Source of the DNA: Chromatiales bacterium
GTDB lineage: Bacteria > Pseudomonadota > Gammaproteobacteria > RBG-16-57-12
Reading direction: 5' to 3'
Assembly: GCA_026989455.1 (NCBI GenBank)
Contig: JALSJH010000059.1
Span: 784 to 64,783 of the forward strand
Length of the DNA: 64,000 nucleotides
Below the pieces are notes generated by a model that was not told the DNA's origin, made no database searches, and saw only the letters and a list, made by a program, of their open reading frames with translations. Positions 36,659 to 47,848 of the stretch are shown one piece after another. The first letter of the stretch is position 1, and the number at the start of each line of letters is the position of its first letter. The translations under genes were made by a program, and so were the position numbers.

Positions 36659-37675
36659 GTGGATGCAAACAAACAGAAAGCGCTACAAGCGGCATTGAGT
36701 CAAATTGAAAAGCAATTTGGTAAAGGCTCCGTTATGCGTATGGGTGATGCCGGTGCATTGCGCGATATCGAGGTAATATCGACGGGTTCACTGACACTGG
36801 ACGTTGCGCTAGGTGTCGGTGGTCTACCCAAAGGACGGGTGGTTGAAATTTACGGCCCGGAGTCATCGGGTAAAACAACGCTAACGCTGCAGGTGATTGC
36901 AGAGGCACAAAAGGCGGGGGGTACCTGTGCCTTTGTTGATGCAGAGCATGCATTGGATCCTCAATATGCCGAAAAAATCGGGGTCAATGTTGATGAGTTG
37001 CTGGTATCGCAGCCCGACACGGGTGAGCAGGCGCTGGAGATAACAGATATGTTGGTGCGCTCGGCGGCAGTGGATGTCGTTGTGGTCGATTCGGTGGCTG
37101 CCTTGACACCAAAGGCAGAAATTGAGGGTGACATGGGTGATACACATGTTGGTTTGCAAGCACGATTAATGTCACAGGCGCTGCGTAAGTTAACGGCTAA
37201 TATTAAACGCTCTAATACCTTGGTTATTTTTATTAATCAGATTCGTATTAAAATTGGTGTGATGTTTGGTAATCCTGAGACAACTACGGGGGGTAATGCG
37301 CTGAAGTTTTACTCCTCTGTTCGTCTGGATATTCGCCGTATTGGCGCGATCAAGAAGGGCGACGAGGTGGTGGGTAATGAAACCCGCGTTAAAGTGGTCA
37401 AAAATAAAGTGGCTCCTCCCTTCAAGCAGGCTGAATTTGAGATTATGTATGGACACGGGATCTCACGCCAAGGTGAAATTATTGATTTGGGTGTCAAGCT
37501 GGGCTTGGTGGATAAAGCAGGTGCCTGGTATAGCTACAACGGCGATCGTATCGGCCAAGGTAAGGATAATGTGCGCAACTTCTTGAGGGAGAATCCAAAA
37601 ATTGCGGCGACCATTGAGGCGGCTATTCGTGCGGAACTACTACCAGTCACTGCTGCTGAAGAGGCAAAGAGTTAG
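36659..37675 (+). CDS. recA: Recombinase A
   Basis: Walker [13 protein letters not shown] plus L1 and L2 loops, 338 aa. GTG start with a GGAG RBS. Confidence 0.95.
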   Translation: MDANKQKALQAALSQIEKQFGKGSVMRMGDAGALRDIEVISTGSLTLDVALGVGGLPKGRVVEIYGPESSGKTTLTLQVIAEAQKAGGTCAFVDAEHALDPQYAEKIGVNVDELLVSQPDTGEQALEITDMLVRSAAVDVVVVDSVAALTPKAEIEGDMGDTHVGLQARLMSQALRKLTANIKRSNTLVIFINQIRIKIGVMFGNPETTTGGNALKFYSSVRLDIRRIGAIKKGDEVVGNETRVKVVKNKVAPPFKQAEFEIMYGHGISRQGEIIDLGVKLGLVDKAGAWYSYNGDRIGQGKDNVRNFLRENPKIAATIEAAIRAELLPVTAAEEAKS

Positions 37676-37689
37676 GCTTTTCGCTTATG

Positions 37690-37741
37690 GCGAATAAAAT
37701 AGACAAAGGGAGCTTAGGCTCCCTTTGTCTGTTTTATTCGC
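37690..37741 (+). terminator. Strong hairpin between recA and recX (24-bp perfect stem, 4-nt loop)
   Basis: GCGAATAAAATAGACAAAGGGAGC-TTAG-GCTCCCTTTGTCTGTTTTATTCGC, followed by CTCTCTATTG. Likely the recA terminator/attenuator controlling recX read-through. Confidence 0.6.
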
Positions 37742-38047
37742 TCTCTATTGTGGGTATAACTCGTTGGCGATAAATTCACTTTATTAGGGGGATTTGCACG
37801 ATACAGATACGATGGTATACTTCGCGGCCTGTTATTTAGATGAAGTCTAAAAAGTAGGTCTCAGAGTGTTGGTTCTCTTTGGTTTGAGGTCGCGCCATCC
37901 GTGTTTCGAGTCTCTCTGAAGATTGAGTGGGGGGTTTACGAGAAATAGTTTTCGTTCCAGCAAAGAAAAAATATTCGAAAAGCTGGTGTTTTTTTCGAGT
38001 AAATTAAGGTTTTTTATGTCATTTTTAACGCAGCTGGAGCGAAAAAT

Positions 38048-38533
38048 ATGAATCGTGAAAAGCGCTCAGAAGGATATTTAAATAGAAAGCCCCAGCCGTG
38101 TGCTGAGGTTCGCCAGTATGCGATGTTGCTATTAGCCCGCCGTGAACATGCGCGTTTTGAGCTGACGGCAAAGTTGTCGGCAAAAGGTTTTGAGTCGCCG
38201 CACGTAGAGTCTGTTTTGAATAGTCTTGAGGCTGAAAATTTATTGAGTGATAAACGTTTTGCAGAGTGCTACATTCGTTCCCGAGTTAATAGGGGGTATG
38301 GGCCATATCGCATCCGCATGGAGTTGCAGGTACGCCAAGTTGATGATGAAATTGTAAATGAACTTTTGCACCACCGCTGGGACTGGAATGAGCGGGTTAT
38401 CGAGGTGCGTAGGAAGCGCTTTGGTGACGTGCCAGTGACAGACATGAAGGTGCGGGCGAAACAGCAGCGTTTTTTGCAATATCGTGGCTTTAGTTCAGAG
38501 CAGATAAACGCCGCGATGCGGCAAGATGATTAG
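38048..38533 (+). CDS. recX: Regulatory protein RecX
   Basis: 161-aa three-helix-repeat protein in the conserved position after recA. Confidence 0.8.
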   Translation: MNREKRSEGYLNRKPQPCAEVRQYAMLLLARREHARFELTAKLSAKGFESPHVESVLNSLEAENLLSDKRFAECYIRSRVNRGYGPYRIRMELQVRQVDDEIVNELLHHRWDWNERVIEVRRKRFGDVPVTDMKVRAKQQRFLQYRGFSSEQINAAMRQDD

Positions 38534-38566
38534 GCATGATGCGCCGCAAACCAAGAGAGTTGTGAA

Positions 38567-41197
38567 ATGAAGAGTGCAGCAATACGTAAGGCATTCCTGG
38601 AGTTTTTCCATGAGCGTGGGCACAAGCATGTGGCGAGTAGCTCATTGGTGCCGGGTAATGATCCCACACTGCTTTTTACCAATGCGGGTATGGTGCAGTT
38701 TAAAGAGACTTTTTTAGGTCTAGAGGATAGAGCCTATCACCGTGCGGTCTCCTCGCAACGGTGTGTTCGCGCAGGCGGCAAGCACAATGATCTAGAAAAT
38801 GTGGGTTATACCGCGCGCCACCACACCTTTTTTGAGATGCTGGGTAATTTCAGTTTTGGCGACTACTTTAAGGAAGAGGCGATACGGTATGCGTGGGAAT
38901 TCCTAACGGAGGAGCTGCAGCTGCCCAAAGAGAAGCTTTGGGTGACCGTTTATGACGAAGATAGTGAAGCGGCTGATATCTGGATTAAAAAAATGGGTAT
39001 TAGTGAAGAGCGGCTGAGTCGAATCGGTGATAAGCCTGGCGGAAAAAAATACGAATCGGACAACTTTTGGTCAATGGGCGATACCGGGCCTTGTGGTCCT
39101 TGCTCGGAAATATTTTATGACCATGGTCCTAGCGTTGCCGGTGGCCCACCAGGAACACCAGAAGAGGATGGTGATCGCTACATTGAAATATGGAACCTAG
39201 TCTTCATGCAGTATGACCGCGACGCGGAGGGTACTATGCGCCCGCTGCCCAAGCCCTCAATCGATACCGGTATGGGGCTTGAGCGCCTTGCAGCGATTAT
39301 GCAGGGTGAGCATAACAATTATGACATCGACCTGTTTCGCAATCTCATTCATGCGGCTGCAAAGTTGACCGGTACCAAAGACCATAACAACAAGTCACTC
39401 CGTGTCATTGCAGATCATATTCGTGCTTGCTCATTTTTGGTGGTTGATGGGGTGGTGCCTTCCAATGAAGGGCGTGGCTATGTGTTGCGCCGGATTATTC
39501 GCCGAGCCATTCGCCACGGTAATAAACTGGGCACCAAAGATCCCTTTTTTCACAAGCTGGTGGGTCCGCTCTGTGAGGAGATGGGAGAGGCGTATCCTGA
39601 GCTGAATAAACTTCGCGAACATATTGAGCGTATCTTGAGTCGGGAGGAGGCGCGCTTTGCAGAGACTCTAGAGCAAGGGTTGCAAATTCTCGAGTCGGAA
39701 ATAAGCAAGCTGAATGGCGATACTATTACGGGTGATGTGCTGTTTCGTCTCTATGATACCTATGGTTTTCCGGTGGATTTAACCGCTGATATTGCACGAG
39801 AACACCAGTTGGGTGTCGATGAGGCGGGGTTTGAGGTTGCGATGGCGGCCCAGCGTGAGCGTGCCCGAGCTGCCAGTTCATTTGAAGGCGATTTTGGCAA
39901 AAAAATTGAACTGAAAGGTCATACTGAGTTTTTGGGTTATGACTCTTTAAGTGCAGAGGCCAAGGTACTCTCCATCTACAAGTCGGGAAGGTCAGTTGAT
40001 ACGCTCGATGAAGGCGAGCAGGGGATGGTGGTGTTGGATAGAACCCCATTTTATGCAGAGTCGGGTGGGCAAGCGGGTGATGCAGGTCTGCTGGCTCGAA
40101 ATGGTGGACACTTCGAAGTGATTGATACCCAAAAACAGGGTGCTGCTGTATTTGGGCACTTGGGTAAGCAGCTTAGCGGCTCGCTTAAAATAGGTGACAG
40201 AGTAGATGCCAACGTCAATGCGGCCACTCGCCGTCGTGTTGAGTGTAATCACACCTCAACTCACCTGTTGCATGCGGCGCTACGTAAAGTTTTGGGCGAA
40301 CATGTCACACAGAAAGGGTCACTGGTTGAGGCGGAGCGGCTACGTTTTGATTTTTCACACTTTGAATCGATCAATACAGAACAGCTGGCGGCTATTGAAG
40401 CGCTAGTGAATAGTCAGATTCGTGCAAATTCCCCCATCGAAACCAAAGTGATGACACCCGATGATGCAGTTGCTGAAGGTGCGATGGCGCTCTTTGGTGA
40501 AAAATATGGCGACTCGGTGCGTGTTTTACGGATAAATGACTTCTCAATGGAGCTATGCGGCGGTACGCATGTAGAGCGTGCCGGTGATATTGGTTTTTTC
40601 AAAATCACCTCAGAAGGCGGCGTTGCGGCGGGCGTTCGCCGAATCGAAGCGGTAGCTGCAGAGGCTGCTCTGCAGTGGGCAAACGAAAGTGATGCCAAGC
40701 TGGCTGAAGTTGCGATGCGGGTAAAAGCAGCGGGTCGTGATGATGTGGTTACAAAAGTAGAGCAGCTGCTGGAGCGTACTCGGGGTCTGGAGAAGAGCCT
40801 CGCCGCAGTGAAGGCCAAACTGGCAAGCGCGGCGGGTTCTGATTTGGCCTCACAGGCCGTTGATGTTGGTGGGGTTAAGGTGTTGGCCGCAAAGCTCGAA
40901 GGGGCAGATGCAAAAGGGTTGCGCGAAATCGTTGATCAATTAAAAAACAAACTCGGTTGTGCGGCGGTGGTGGTGGCTTGTGTTAATGGTGAGAAAATTA
41001 GTTTGGCAGCGGGTGTTACAAAAAATGCGACAGACCGCATTAAGGCCGGTGAGCTGGTAAATCAGGTGGCTCAACAGGTGGGTGGCAAGGGCGGTGGTCG
41101 TCCTGATATGGCCATGGCGGGTGGAAATCAGCCCGAAAACCTAGAGCAAGCGCTATTATCTGTTCAAAATTGGGCAAAACAACAAATTAACTCGTGA
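38567..41197 (+). CDS. alaS: Alanine--tRNA ligase
   Basis: 876 aa, class II motifs, editing domain HxxxH/CxxxH ([11 protein letters not shown]; CGGTHV) and a C-terminal DHHA1 domain. Confidence 0.95.
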   Translation: MKSAAIRKAFLEFFHERGHKHVASSSLVPGNDPTLLFTNAGMVQFKETFLGLEDRAYHRAVSSQRCVRAGGKHNDLENVGYTARHHTFFEMLGNFSFGDYFKEEAIRYAWEFLTEELQLPKEKLWVTVYDEDSEAADIWIKKMGISEERLSRIGDKPGGKKYESDNFWSMGDTGPCGPCSEIFYDHGPSVAGGPPGTPEEDGDRYIEIWNLVFMQYDRDAEGTMRPLPKPSIDTGMGLERLAAIMQGEHNNYDIDLFRNLIHAAAKLTGTKDHNNKSLRVIADHIRACSFLVVDGVVPSNEGRGYVLRRIIRRAIRHGNKLGTKDPFFHKLVGPLCEEMGEAYPELNKLREHIERILSREEARFAETLEQGLQILESEISKLNGDTITGDVLFRLYDTYGFPVDLTADIAREHQLGVDEAGFEVAMAAQRERARAASSFEGDFGKKIELKGHTEFLGYDSLSAEAKVLSIYKSGRSVDTLDEGEQGMVVLDRTPFYAESGGQAGDAGLLARNGGHFEVIDTQKQGAAVFGHLGKQLSGSLKIGDRVDANVNAATRRRVECNHTSTHLLHAALRKVLGEHVTQKGSLVEAERLRFDFSHFESINTEQLAAIEALVNSQIRANSPIETKVMTPDDAVAEGAMALFGEKYGDSVRVLRINDFSMELCGGTHVERAGDIGFFKITSEGGVAAGVRRIEAVAAEAALQWANESDAKLAEVAMRVKAAGRDDVVTKVEQLLERTRGLEKSLAAVKAKLASAAGSDLASQAVDVGGVKVLAAKLEGADAKGLREIVDQLKNKLGCAAVVVACVNGEKISLAAGVTKNATDRIKAGELVNQVAQQVGGKGGGRPDMAMAGGNQPENLEQALLSVQNWAKQQINS

Positions 41198-41269
41198 AAT
41201 TATGTAGGAAATTTCCTACAATACCGACAAAGGATGGAAGGGAAGCCCCTTACCATGTGAAAACAGATC

Positions 41270-42490
41270 ATGGCTCTGATAGTTCAAAAATATGGCGGTA
41301 CCTCGGTTGGCACCACTGAACGCATCGTAAGTGTTGCGGATAAGGTGATTCAAGCCAAGATGCAAGGGAATGATGTCGTGGTTGTGGTCTCCGCTATGAG
41401 TGGGGAGACAAACCGATTGATTGAGCTTGCCAGTGAAATATCTGCGCAGCCTGCAGCGCGAGAGATGGATGTGCTGGTCTCCACGGGTGAGCAAGTCACT
41501 ATTGCACTGTTGACCATGGCGTTGAATGCCCGTGGTTGCCCCGCAATATCATATACAGGTTCACAAGTGCGTATCTTGACCGATAGCATGCACAGCAAAG
41601 CGAGAATCAAAGAGATCGATGGTACTCGTATTAGTCGCGACTTATCGTCAGGTCGGGTAGTGGTTGTTGCCGGTTTTCAGGGCATGGATGGCAACGGTAA
41701 TATTACAACACTCGGCCGTGGCGGTTCAGACACTTCGGCTGTTGCCATTGCCGCCGCGTTAAAGGCCAATGAGTGTCAAATATATACCGACGTGGATGGT
41801 GTCTATACCACCGACCCCCGAGTCGAACCGCGAGCGCGGCGACTTGAGCGCATCACCTTTGAAGAGATGCTTGAAATGGCGAGTCTTGGTTCAAAGGTGT
41901 TGCAGATTCGTGCGGTAGAGTTTGCCGGGAAATATAATGTACCGTTACGCGTGCTTTCAAGCTTTACTGAAGGCGAGGGCACCTTGATCACCTACGAGGA
42001 AGATGGCGTGGAAGAAGCACGAATTGCAGGAATTGCATTTAATCGGGATGAGGCGAAGTTAACTGTACTGGGCGTGCCAGATCATCCCGGTGCCGCCCAC
42101 CAAATATTGGGGCCGATTGGCGAAGCCAATATTGAAGTGGATATGATTATTCAAAATGTTGGTCGAGATGGAACCACAGACTTCACCTTTACCGTGCACC
42201 GCAATGATGTACAGAGAGCAGTTGAAGTACTTAACAAAGTGGCCAATGATCTTGGGGCGCGGGAAGTGAATAGTGATGACTCAATTATTAAGCTTTCGCT
42301 GGTGGGCGTTGGTATGCGCTCACACGCAGGCATTGCGAGTAATATGTTTGAAATCCTAGCAAAAGAGGGTATCAACATAAAGATGATTTCGACCTCTGAA
42401 ATTAAAATTTCAGTGGTTATCGATGAGAAATATCTGGAGCTGGGCGTTCGTGCATTGCACGACGGCTTTGGTCTGGAAAAAACAGCCTAG
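41270..42490 (+). CDS. lysC: Aspartate kinase (monofunctional, two ACT domains)
   Basis: KYGGTSV kinase N-terminus and C-terminal tandem ACT domains, 406 aa. Confidence 0.85.
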   Translation: MALIVQKYGGTSVGTTERIVSVADKVIQAKMQGNDVVVVVSAMSGETNRLIELASEISAQPAAREMDVLVSTGEQVTIALLTMALNARGCPAISYTGSQVRILTDSMHSKARIKEIDGTRISRDLSSGRVVVVAGFQGMDGNGNITTLGRGGSDTSAVAIAAALKANECQIYTDVDGVYTTDPRVEPRARRLERITFEEMLEMASLGSKVLQIRAVEFAGKYNVPLRVLSSFTEGEGTLITYEEDGVEEARIAGIAFNRDEAKLTVLGVPDHPGAAHQILGPIGEANIEVDMIIQNVGRDGTTDFTFTVHRNDVQRAVEVLNKVANDLGAREVNSDDSIIKLSLVGVGMRSHAGIASNMFEILAKEGINIKMISTSEIKISVVIDEKYLELGVRALHDGFGLEKTA

Positions 42491-42719
42491 GAGTGGCTGT
42501 ATCAGGGTGGCGGGTGTCTTTTTATATTAATTCACCTATAATTTGTAAGGCACTAAGATGGAGCTAGTATTAGGATGATGGTGTCCCTAAATTTTAATGT
42601 TAACAATTGTTGACAATGAAGCTGTGATATTAAGCTCGAAAATGAGCTATATTAGTTGATAGTAATATTGCGTTTGGTGATATCACAGTTTTGGATGTAG
42701 TTGTAAAGGAGAGATGTAA

Positions 42720-42920
42720 ATGTTGATTTTAACCCGTCGAGTGGGCGAGACCCTGATTATTGGTGATGATGTTACCGTGACTGTACTCGGTGTAAAAGGT
42801 AATCAAGTGCGGATTGGTGTGAATGCTCCAAAGGATGTATCAGTACATCGTGAGGAGATCTATGAGCGCATTCAGCAAGAGAAAGCACAGCAGGCGGCTG
42901 CTGCCGCTGAGCAAGATTAA
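42720..42920 (+). CDS. csrA: Carbon storage regulator CsrA
   Basis: [48 protein letters not shown] is a near-canonical CsrA. A sigma70-like promoter TTGACA-N17-TATTAA lies upstream. Confidence 0.9.
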   Translation: MLILTRRVGETLIIGDDVTVTVLGVKGNQVRIGVNAPKDVSVHREEIYERIQQEKAQQAAAAAEQD

Positions 42921-43065
42921 TTTTTATCGCTGGTTTTCATGGTAACAAGTAGGTAGTTTGAATGGCGGAGTCGAAAGGCTCTGCTTTTTTTATGAATAAA
43001 TATCAAATAAATGCGAGATTTAGCTTTTCTCTTGGTGCTTTTTTTGCGAGAATACGCCGCATGTT

Positions 43066-43155
43066 GGAGAGCTGGCCGAGTGGCTGAAGGCGCACCCCTG
43101 CTAAGGGTGTATAGGGGTAACTCTATCGAGGGTTCGAATCCCTCGCTCTCCGCCA
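43066..43155 (+). tRNA. tRNA-Ser (anticodon GCU)
   Basis: Cloverleaf starting GGAGAGCTGGCCGAGTGG with a long variable arm, anticodon loop CTGCTAA, TpsiC GGTTCGAATCC, and 3' CCA encoded. Confidence 0.85.
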
Positions 43156-43255
43156 TTATTTATTGATTTTATTGGAAAAACTCCTCCGGTAAATAGAAGA
43201 GATAATGAGTTGACATGTGTTAGTTAAATTAGCATAATGCGCACCTCAGAACAAT

Positions 43256-43332
43256 GCGCTCGTAGCTCAGCTGGATAGAGTACCTGGCTACGAACCAGGG
43301 GGTCGCAGGTTCGAATCCTGCCGAGCGCACCA
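43256..43332 (+). tRNA. tRNA-Arg (anticodon ACG)
   Basis: GCGCTCGTAGCTCAGCTGGATAGAGTA ... anticodon loop CTACGAA ... GGTTCGAATCC ... CGAGCGCACCA. An upstream promoter TTGACA-N17-CATAAT is visible. Confidence 0.85.
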
Positions 43333-43340
43333 TATAGAAT

Positions 43341-43369
43341 AAAAAAACCAGCAAATTGCTGGTTTTTTT
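43341..43369 (+). terminator. Rho-independent terminator after tRNA-Arg
   Basis: AAAAAAACCAGCAAATTGCTGGTTTTTTT is a perfect hairpin flanked by A and T runs, so it may act bidirectionally. Confidence 0.6.
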
Positions 43370-43768
43370 ATGCCTGTGTATCTCTCCTGCTCTCACCAAT
43401 AGCGCTTTCTTAGGGGATCACTGACTAAGTCTGGATGAGTTTAGGCTGAGAGGGGGTTGCTCTCATTTGTTCCGAAATGCGCAGTAATGGTCGTTCTATT
43501 GGGGTGGTTTTCAGTAAAAATGAGGGTGGCTTCAGCTAGCATAAGATATTCATGACTTGATCAGAGCTTCCTTGGTGAAGCGTCTTCAGGCTTTTGATTG
43601 TCCATGCTTGCATGGTCTGTAATCATTGGGTGTTGGTGTAAGCCGTTGTTTCACGCTCCACAAGTGGAGTGGTCATGGCCGGCGTTAGGCAGTGTGGTGA
43701 GAGTCAAAGTGTGAAAGCTGTTAAGGCGTAGTGCGGGGTTTGTGATTGTCTAGTGTGGTTTGAAAATA

Positions 43769-43855
43769 TGGTGCCTGGGAGAGGACTTGAACCTCCACGG
43801 GGTTGCCCCCACTAGCACCTGAAGCTAGCGTGTCTACCAATTTCACCACCCAGGC
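43769..43855 (-). tRNA. tRNA-Leu (anticodon CAG)
   Basis: The reverse complement reads GCCTGGGTGGTGAAATTGGTAGACACGCTAGCTTCAGGTGCTAGTGGGGGCAACCCCGTGGAGGTTCAAGTCCTCTCCCAGGCACCA. It has a long variable arm and anticodon loop TTCAGGT. Confidence 0.8.
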
Positions 43856-43945
43856 ATGTGCAATGAATTCGAGCAGGGTGCCCGATGAGGGCGAACTATA
43901 CAGAGGCGTTTTTTTTCTGTCAATACTTTCAATTGTCGGGCGGTA

Positions 43946-44296
43946 CTATTTTTTATGGCAAGCCTGGCAACTGGCTGAGCCGGGGAATGCGATGATTGAG
44001 TGGTTGTGATGTTCAGTGCCCTGATCTTCTGCTGTGCTGTTGTGGCAGTCCAAGCAACTTACCCCAGCTCTGGTGTGCGCATCATCGACGATACGGGTGA
44101 GTGGTTGAAGATGTGCTTGTTGATGGCACTCTATGCAGGGTGCGCTCTGTTGAGTGGTGTCTGCGTAAGCGAGTGGTGCGTTGATAAAAACGAGTGCGGC
44201 TGTAGCTAGCCAGTAGTAAGTATGTGAAATTGCTCTGCATGGCTGTTGTTCGTGCTGTTTGTTTAGGTTTGGTGTGGTTGTTTGGTTGGAAATCAT
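43946..44296 (-). CDS. Small secreted tri-heme c-type cytochrome
   Basis: Three CxxCH motifs (CIECH, CLDCH, CQACH) after a hydrophobic signal-like segment. The start codon is uncertain. Confidence 0.55.
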   Translation of the reverse strand: MISNQTTTPNLNKQHEQQPCRAISHTYYWLATAALVFINAPLAYADTTQQSAPCIECHQQAHLQPLTRIVDDAHTRAGVSCLDCHNSTAEDQGTEHHNHSIIAFPGSASCQACHKK

Positions 44297-44490
44297 TTTG
44301 TATCCCCTGAAAGTGGTTGAGGATGGTCACTTTTTTCATTGTAGCCTCGGCCTGAAAAAAGTGTAACTTTGCGCGTCCCGAATTTAACTGGGTTCATTCA
44401 GATGCTGCATAAATTTTCAAGATTAATTGCGCCTAACAGGTTAGAATACCCGGATCATATAAGTAAGATAGCAGAGTAAACTGAGAATTC

Positions 44491-46878
44491 ATGACTAAAC
44501 AGCCGCAGAGTGACCCACACGCTGACCGCGAGGCCTGCAAATACGATAACCCTATTCCCAGCCGTGAGTTCATCATGGAGATCATCGCTGAGGCCGGTAA
44601 ACCGCTCACCCGTAACTACTTGATCGAGAAGCTTGATCTGCAAGAGCCTGAGCAGATCGAGGCGCTGCGTCGTCGGCTTCGCGCCATGGAGCGTGACGGG
44701 CAGTTACTGTACAACCGTCGCGGTGCCTATTGTCTTATTGATCAGACAGATTTGGTGCGTGGGCGTGTTGCTGGGCATCCGGATGGCTTCGGTTTTCTGA
44801 TTCCTGATGAAGGCGGGGATGACCTGTTTCTTTCCGATCGTCAAATGCGCCAGGTTTTTCATGGTGACCGAGTGGTGGCTTATGTTTCCGGCGTGGATCG
44901 GCGCGGTCGTCGTGAGGGCTCAATCGTTGAAGTGTTGGAGCGCAGTCACACGCATGTAGTGGGTCGTTTTTATGTGGAGGATGGGATTGGCTTTATTCGC
45001 CCAGACAATAAACGTATTGCGCAGGATATTCTGGTGCCGGTCGATCAATATGGCGGTGCTAAGCATGGTCAGTTCGTCACTCTGGAAGTGTTGTCATACC
45101 CTACGGTTAAACGTGAAGCGGTTGGCAAAGTTACCGAGGTTTTGGGTGATCATATGGCGCCGGGAATGGAGATTGATGTCGCCATTCGCTCCTATGGGTT
45201 GCCTGAGAAGTGGCCGCAGTCAGTTTTAGATGAAATTAAGAAGTTTGGTGAGCAGGTGCCTGAAGAGGCTAAGCAGGGTCGAGAGGATATCCGCGAGCTG
45301 CCTTTGGTGACCATCGATGGCGAAGATGCGCGGGATTTTGATGACGCTGTTTTTTGTGAATCTCACGGCAAAGGGTGGCGTCTATTGGTCGCAATTGCCG
45401 ATGTCTCTGCCTACGTTGAAAATAACGCCCCGCTGGATGTTGAGGCGCGTGAGCGGGGTAACTCAGTCTACTTCCCGGAGCGTGTGGTGCCGATGTTGCC
45501 GGAGGTGCTCTCCAATGGTCTCTGTTCAATTAACCCCAAGGTCGATCGTCTCTGCATGGTTTGCGAGATGTTTATTACGGCGCAGGGTGCGGTGCGTAAA
45601 TATCGCTTCTTTGAAGGTGTGATGCGCTCACATGCCCGCCTCACCTATAATAAAGTGGCTGCGATGTTAGTGGATCAAGATAAGGATCTTCGCGCCGAAT
45701 ATGCGAATGTTTTGCCGCATGTCGAGGAGTTACACCGACTCTATGGTGCGCTGGATAGTCGTCGTAAAAAACGGGGTGCGATTGAGTTTGATACCACCGA
45801 AACACGCATTGTCTTTGCTGAGGATCGCAAGATCGAGAAGATTGTGCCCACGACACGCAATGTCGCACACATGATGATTGAAGAGTGTATGTTGGCGGCG
45901 AATGTTTCGGCGGCGGATTATATGTTGACCGGTAAGATTGCCACGCTCTATCGCATACATGAAGAGCCGCAGGAGAAGAAGATTGAGAAGCTCAAGGAGT
46001 TTCTTGCCGAGCTGGGTCTTAGTTTGCGTTGCCGCACCAAACCAACGGCAGGCCACTACACCAAGTTATTGACCGATATTCAGGATCGGGCGGATAAACA
46101 CCTGATCCAAACAGTGATGTTGCGCAGTATGAGTCAAGCGGTTTATCACCCGGATAATGTGGGCCACTTTGGTCTTGCATATGAAAGTTACGCACACTTC
46201 ACCTCGCCTATTCGCCGTTATCCGGATCTGTTGGTTCATCGCGCAATTAAGCATCTCATCTCGGGTAAGTCGCTAAACGAGTTTGTTTACTCAAAAAGTG
46301 ACATGGCTAACTTGGGTGAGCACTGCTCCATGACGGAGCGCCGTGCCGATGAAGCGACGCGTGATGCAACCGATTGGCTGAAATGTGAGTATATGCTGGA
46401 TAAGGTCGAGCAGGAGTTCGATGGTATTGTGACCAGCGTAACCGGTTTCGGGCTCTTTGTTGAGATGAAGGATATCTATATAGAGGGGTTGATTCATATC
46501 ACCTCACTTGCCGATGACTATTTTCACTTCGATCCAGCCAAGCATCGCCTGCAAGGTGAGCGGAGCGGAATTTCATATCGCTTGGCTGATCCTGTTCGTG
46601 TGCGAGTTACAAGAGTCGACCTAGATGACCGCAAAGTTGATTTTGAACTTGTGCCCTCTGAGGCGGATCAAAAAGCATTGGCTGATGCGCCAGCGCCTAA
46701 GCCAAAGCGCCCGCGTAAGCCACGTAAACCTCGCCATCATCAAGCCGAAGCAGCGGCAGTCAAGTCAGATGAGAGCAAGCCAGCAGCATCTGTAGAGGAA
46801 GGTGACAAGCCGCAGGGCAAGGGTCGGCCAAAACGCAAGCGCAAACCTAAGCCGAGAAAGGCAAAGCCTCAGGATTAG
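44491..46878 (+). CDS. rnr: Ribonuclease R
   Basis: Cold-shock, RNB and S1 domains, plus a Lys/Arg/Pro-rich C-terminal tail (KPKRPRKPRKPR ... KGRPKRKRKPKPRKAKPQD). Confidence 0.9.
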   Translation: MTKQPQSDPHADREACKYDNPIPSREFIMEIIAEAGKPLTRNYLIEKLDLQEPEQIEALRRRLRAMERDGQLLYNRRGAYCLIDQTDLVRGRVAGHPDGFGFLIPDEGGDDLFLSDRQMRQVFHGDRVVAYVSGVDRRGRREGSIVEVLERSHTHVVGRFYVEDGIGFIRPDNKRIAQDILVPVDQYGGAKHGQFVTLEVLSYPTVKREAVGKVTEVLGDHMAPGMEIDVAIRSYGLPEKWPQSVLDEIKKFGEQVPEEAKQGREDIRELPLVTIDGEDARDFDDAVFCESHGKGWRLLVAIADVSAYVENNAPLDVEARERGNSVYFPERVVPMLPEVLSNGLCSINPKVDRLCMVCEMFITAQGAVRKYRFFEGVMRSHARLTYNKVAAMLVDQDKDLRAEYANVLPHVEELHRLYGALDSRRKKRGAIEFDTTETRIVFAEDRKIEKIVPTTRNVAHMMIEECMLAANVSAADYMLTGKIATLYRIHEEPQEKKIEKLKEFLAELGLSLRCRTKPTAGHYTKLLTDIQDRADKHLIQTVMLRSMSQAVYHPDNVGHFGLAYESYAHFTSPIRRYPDLLVHRAIKHLISGKSLNEFVYSKSDMANLGEHCSMTERRADEATRDATDWLKCEYMLDKVEQEFDGIVTSVTGFGLFVEMKDIYIEGLIHITSLADDYFHFDPAKHRLQGERSGISYRLADPVRVRVTRVDLDDRKVDFELVPSEADQKALADAPAPKPKRPRKPRKPRHHQAEAAAVKSDESKPAASVEEGDKPQGKGRPKRKRKPKPRKAKPQD

Positions 46879-47625
46879 GTGACAGTGGCTGATCAGGTTA
46901 TATTTGGATTGCACGCGGTGCACTCGCTACTTCAATACAACGGCAAGCTGGTTGTTGAGTTGCAGGTGGCAGATCAACGCCGTGACTCTCGTTTGGCTGA
47001 AATTGTGGCGCTGGCTGAAAATAGTGGGATTGCGGTTCGCCAAGTTTCGCGAGAGGTGTTGGATAGTGGCAGTAGTGGTGCGCGTCACCAAGGGGTGTTG
47101 GCGCTGTGTAAGCAGAGCCCCAGCTACCATGAAAAAGATCTGCCTTACCTGCTGGATGCTGTTGAAACTGCGCCACTACTGCTGATTCTTGACGGCGTGA
47201 CAGACCCACATAACCTAGGTGCCTGCCTTCGCAGTGCAGATGCCGCGGGTGTTCATGCGGTGATAGCCCCAAAGGATAAGGCGGCTGGGCTGAATGCCAC
47301 GGTTCGCAAAGTGGCGTGTGGTGCGGCTGAGCATGTTCCCTTCTTTCAAGTAACCAATCTGGCACGTACCTTGCGGCTGTTACAGGCGCGTGGTATTTGG
47401 TTGGTCGGTGCCGCAGGTGAGGCTCAAAGCACTCTGCACCAAGCTGATCTTAAAGGCCCTCTTGGGCTGGTGATGGGGAGTGAGGGTAAAGGTATGCGCC
47501 GATTGACCCGCGAACACTGCGATCTGTTGGTTAATATTCCAATGCACGGTTCGGTCTCCAGTCTTAACGTCTCTGTGGCGACGGGGGTCTGCCTGTTTGA
47601 GGCGGTGCGCCAGCGCCACGCTTGA
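46879..47625 (+). CDS. rlmB: 23S rRNA (guanosine-2'-O)-methyltransferase RlmB (SpoU family)
   Basis: SpoU/TrmH motifs (LILDGVTDPHNLGACLRSADAAG, LVMGSEGKGM). Immediately follows rnr as in E. coli. Confidence 0.85.
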   Translation: MTVADQVIFGLHAVHSLLQYNGKLVVELQVADQRRDSRLAEIVALAENSGIAVRQVSREVLDSGSSGARHQGVLALCKQSPSYHEKDLPYLLDAVETAPLLLILDGVTDPHNLGACLRSADAAGVHAVIAPKDKAAGLNATVRKVACGAAEHVPFFQVTNLARTLRLLQARGIWLVGAAGEAQSTLHQADLKGPLGLVMGSEGKGMRRLTREHCDLLVNIPMHGSVSSLNVSVATGVCLFEAVRQRHA

Positions 47626-47848
47626 TTTTCTATTTGATTAAGCCCCCACGCTTCACAACCTATTGATTCCACACTGAAACGACTCTCTAGTCTAAAATGT
47701 CTGCTGTTGGTGTGTGTTTCTTGATTGCATTATTTGCCGAGCTTAAGTAGAATGCGCGTTCCCGTGCTTGTGTGCGCGGGTTTTTTGTATTAACTCCTTG
47801 CCTTTCGCGCTATGCCGAAGGCCAGAAAAAGTCCGAAGGGAGCTTTTA

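Noticed and set aside
43803-44009. 68-aa ORF overlapping tRNA-Leu
   Set aside because: It overlaps a well-formed tRNA gene on the opposite strand and the small cytochrome gene. It has no RBS.
46898-47365. 155-aa ORF antisense within rlmB
   Set aside because: It is antisense to a conserved SpoU methyltransferase. Its His/Pro/Gln-rich low-complexity translation marks it as an artefact.
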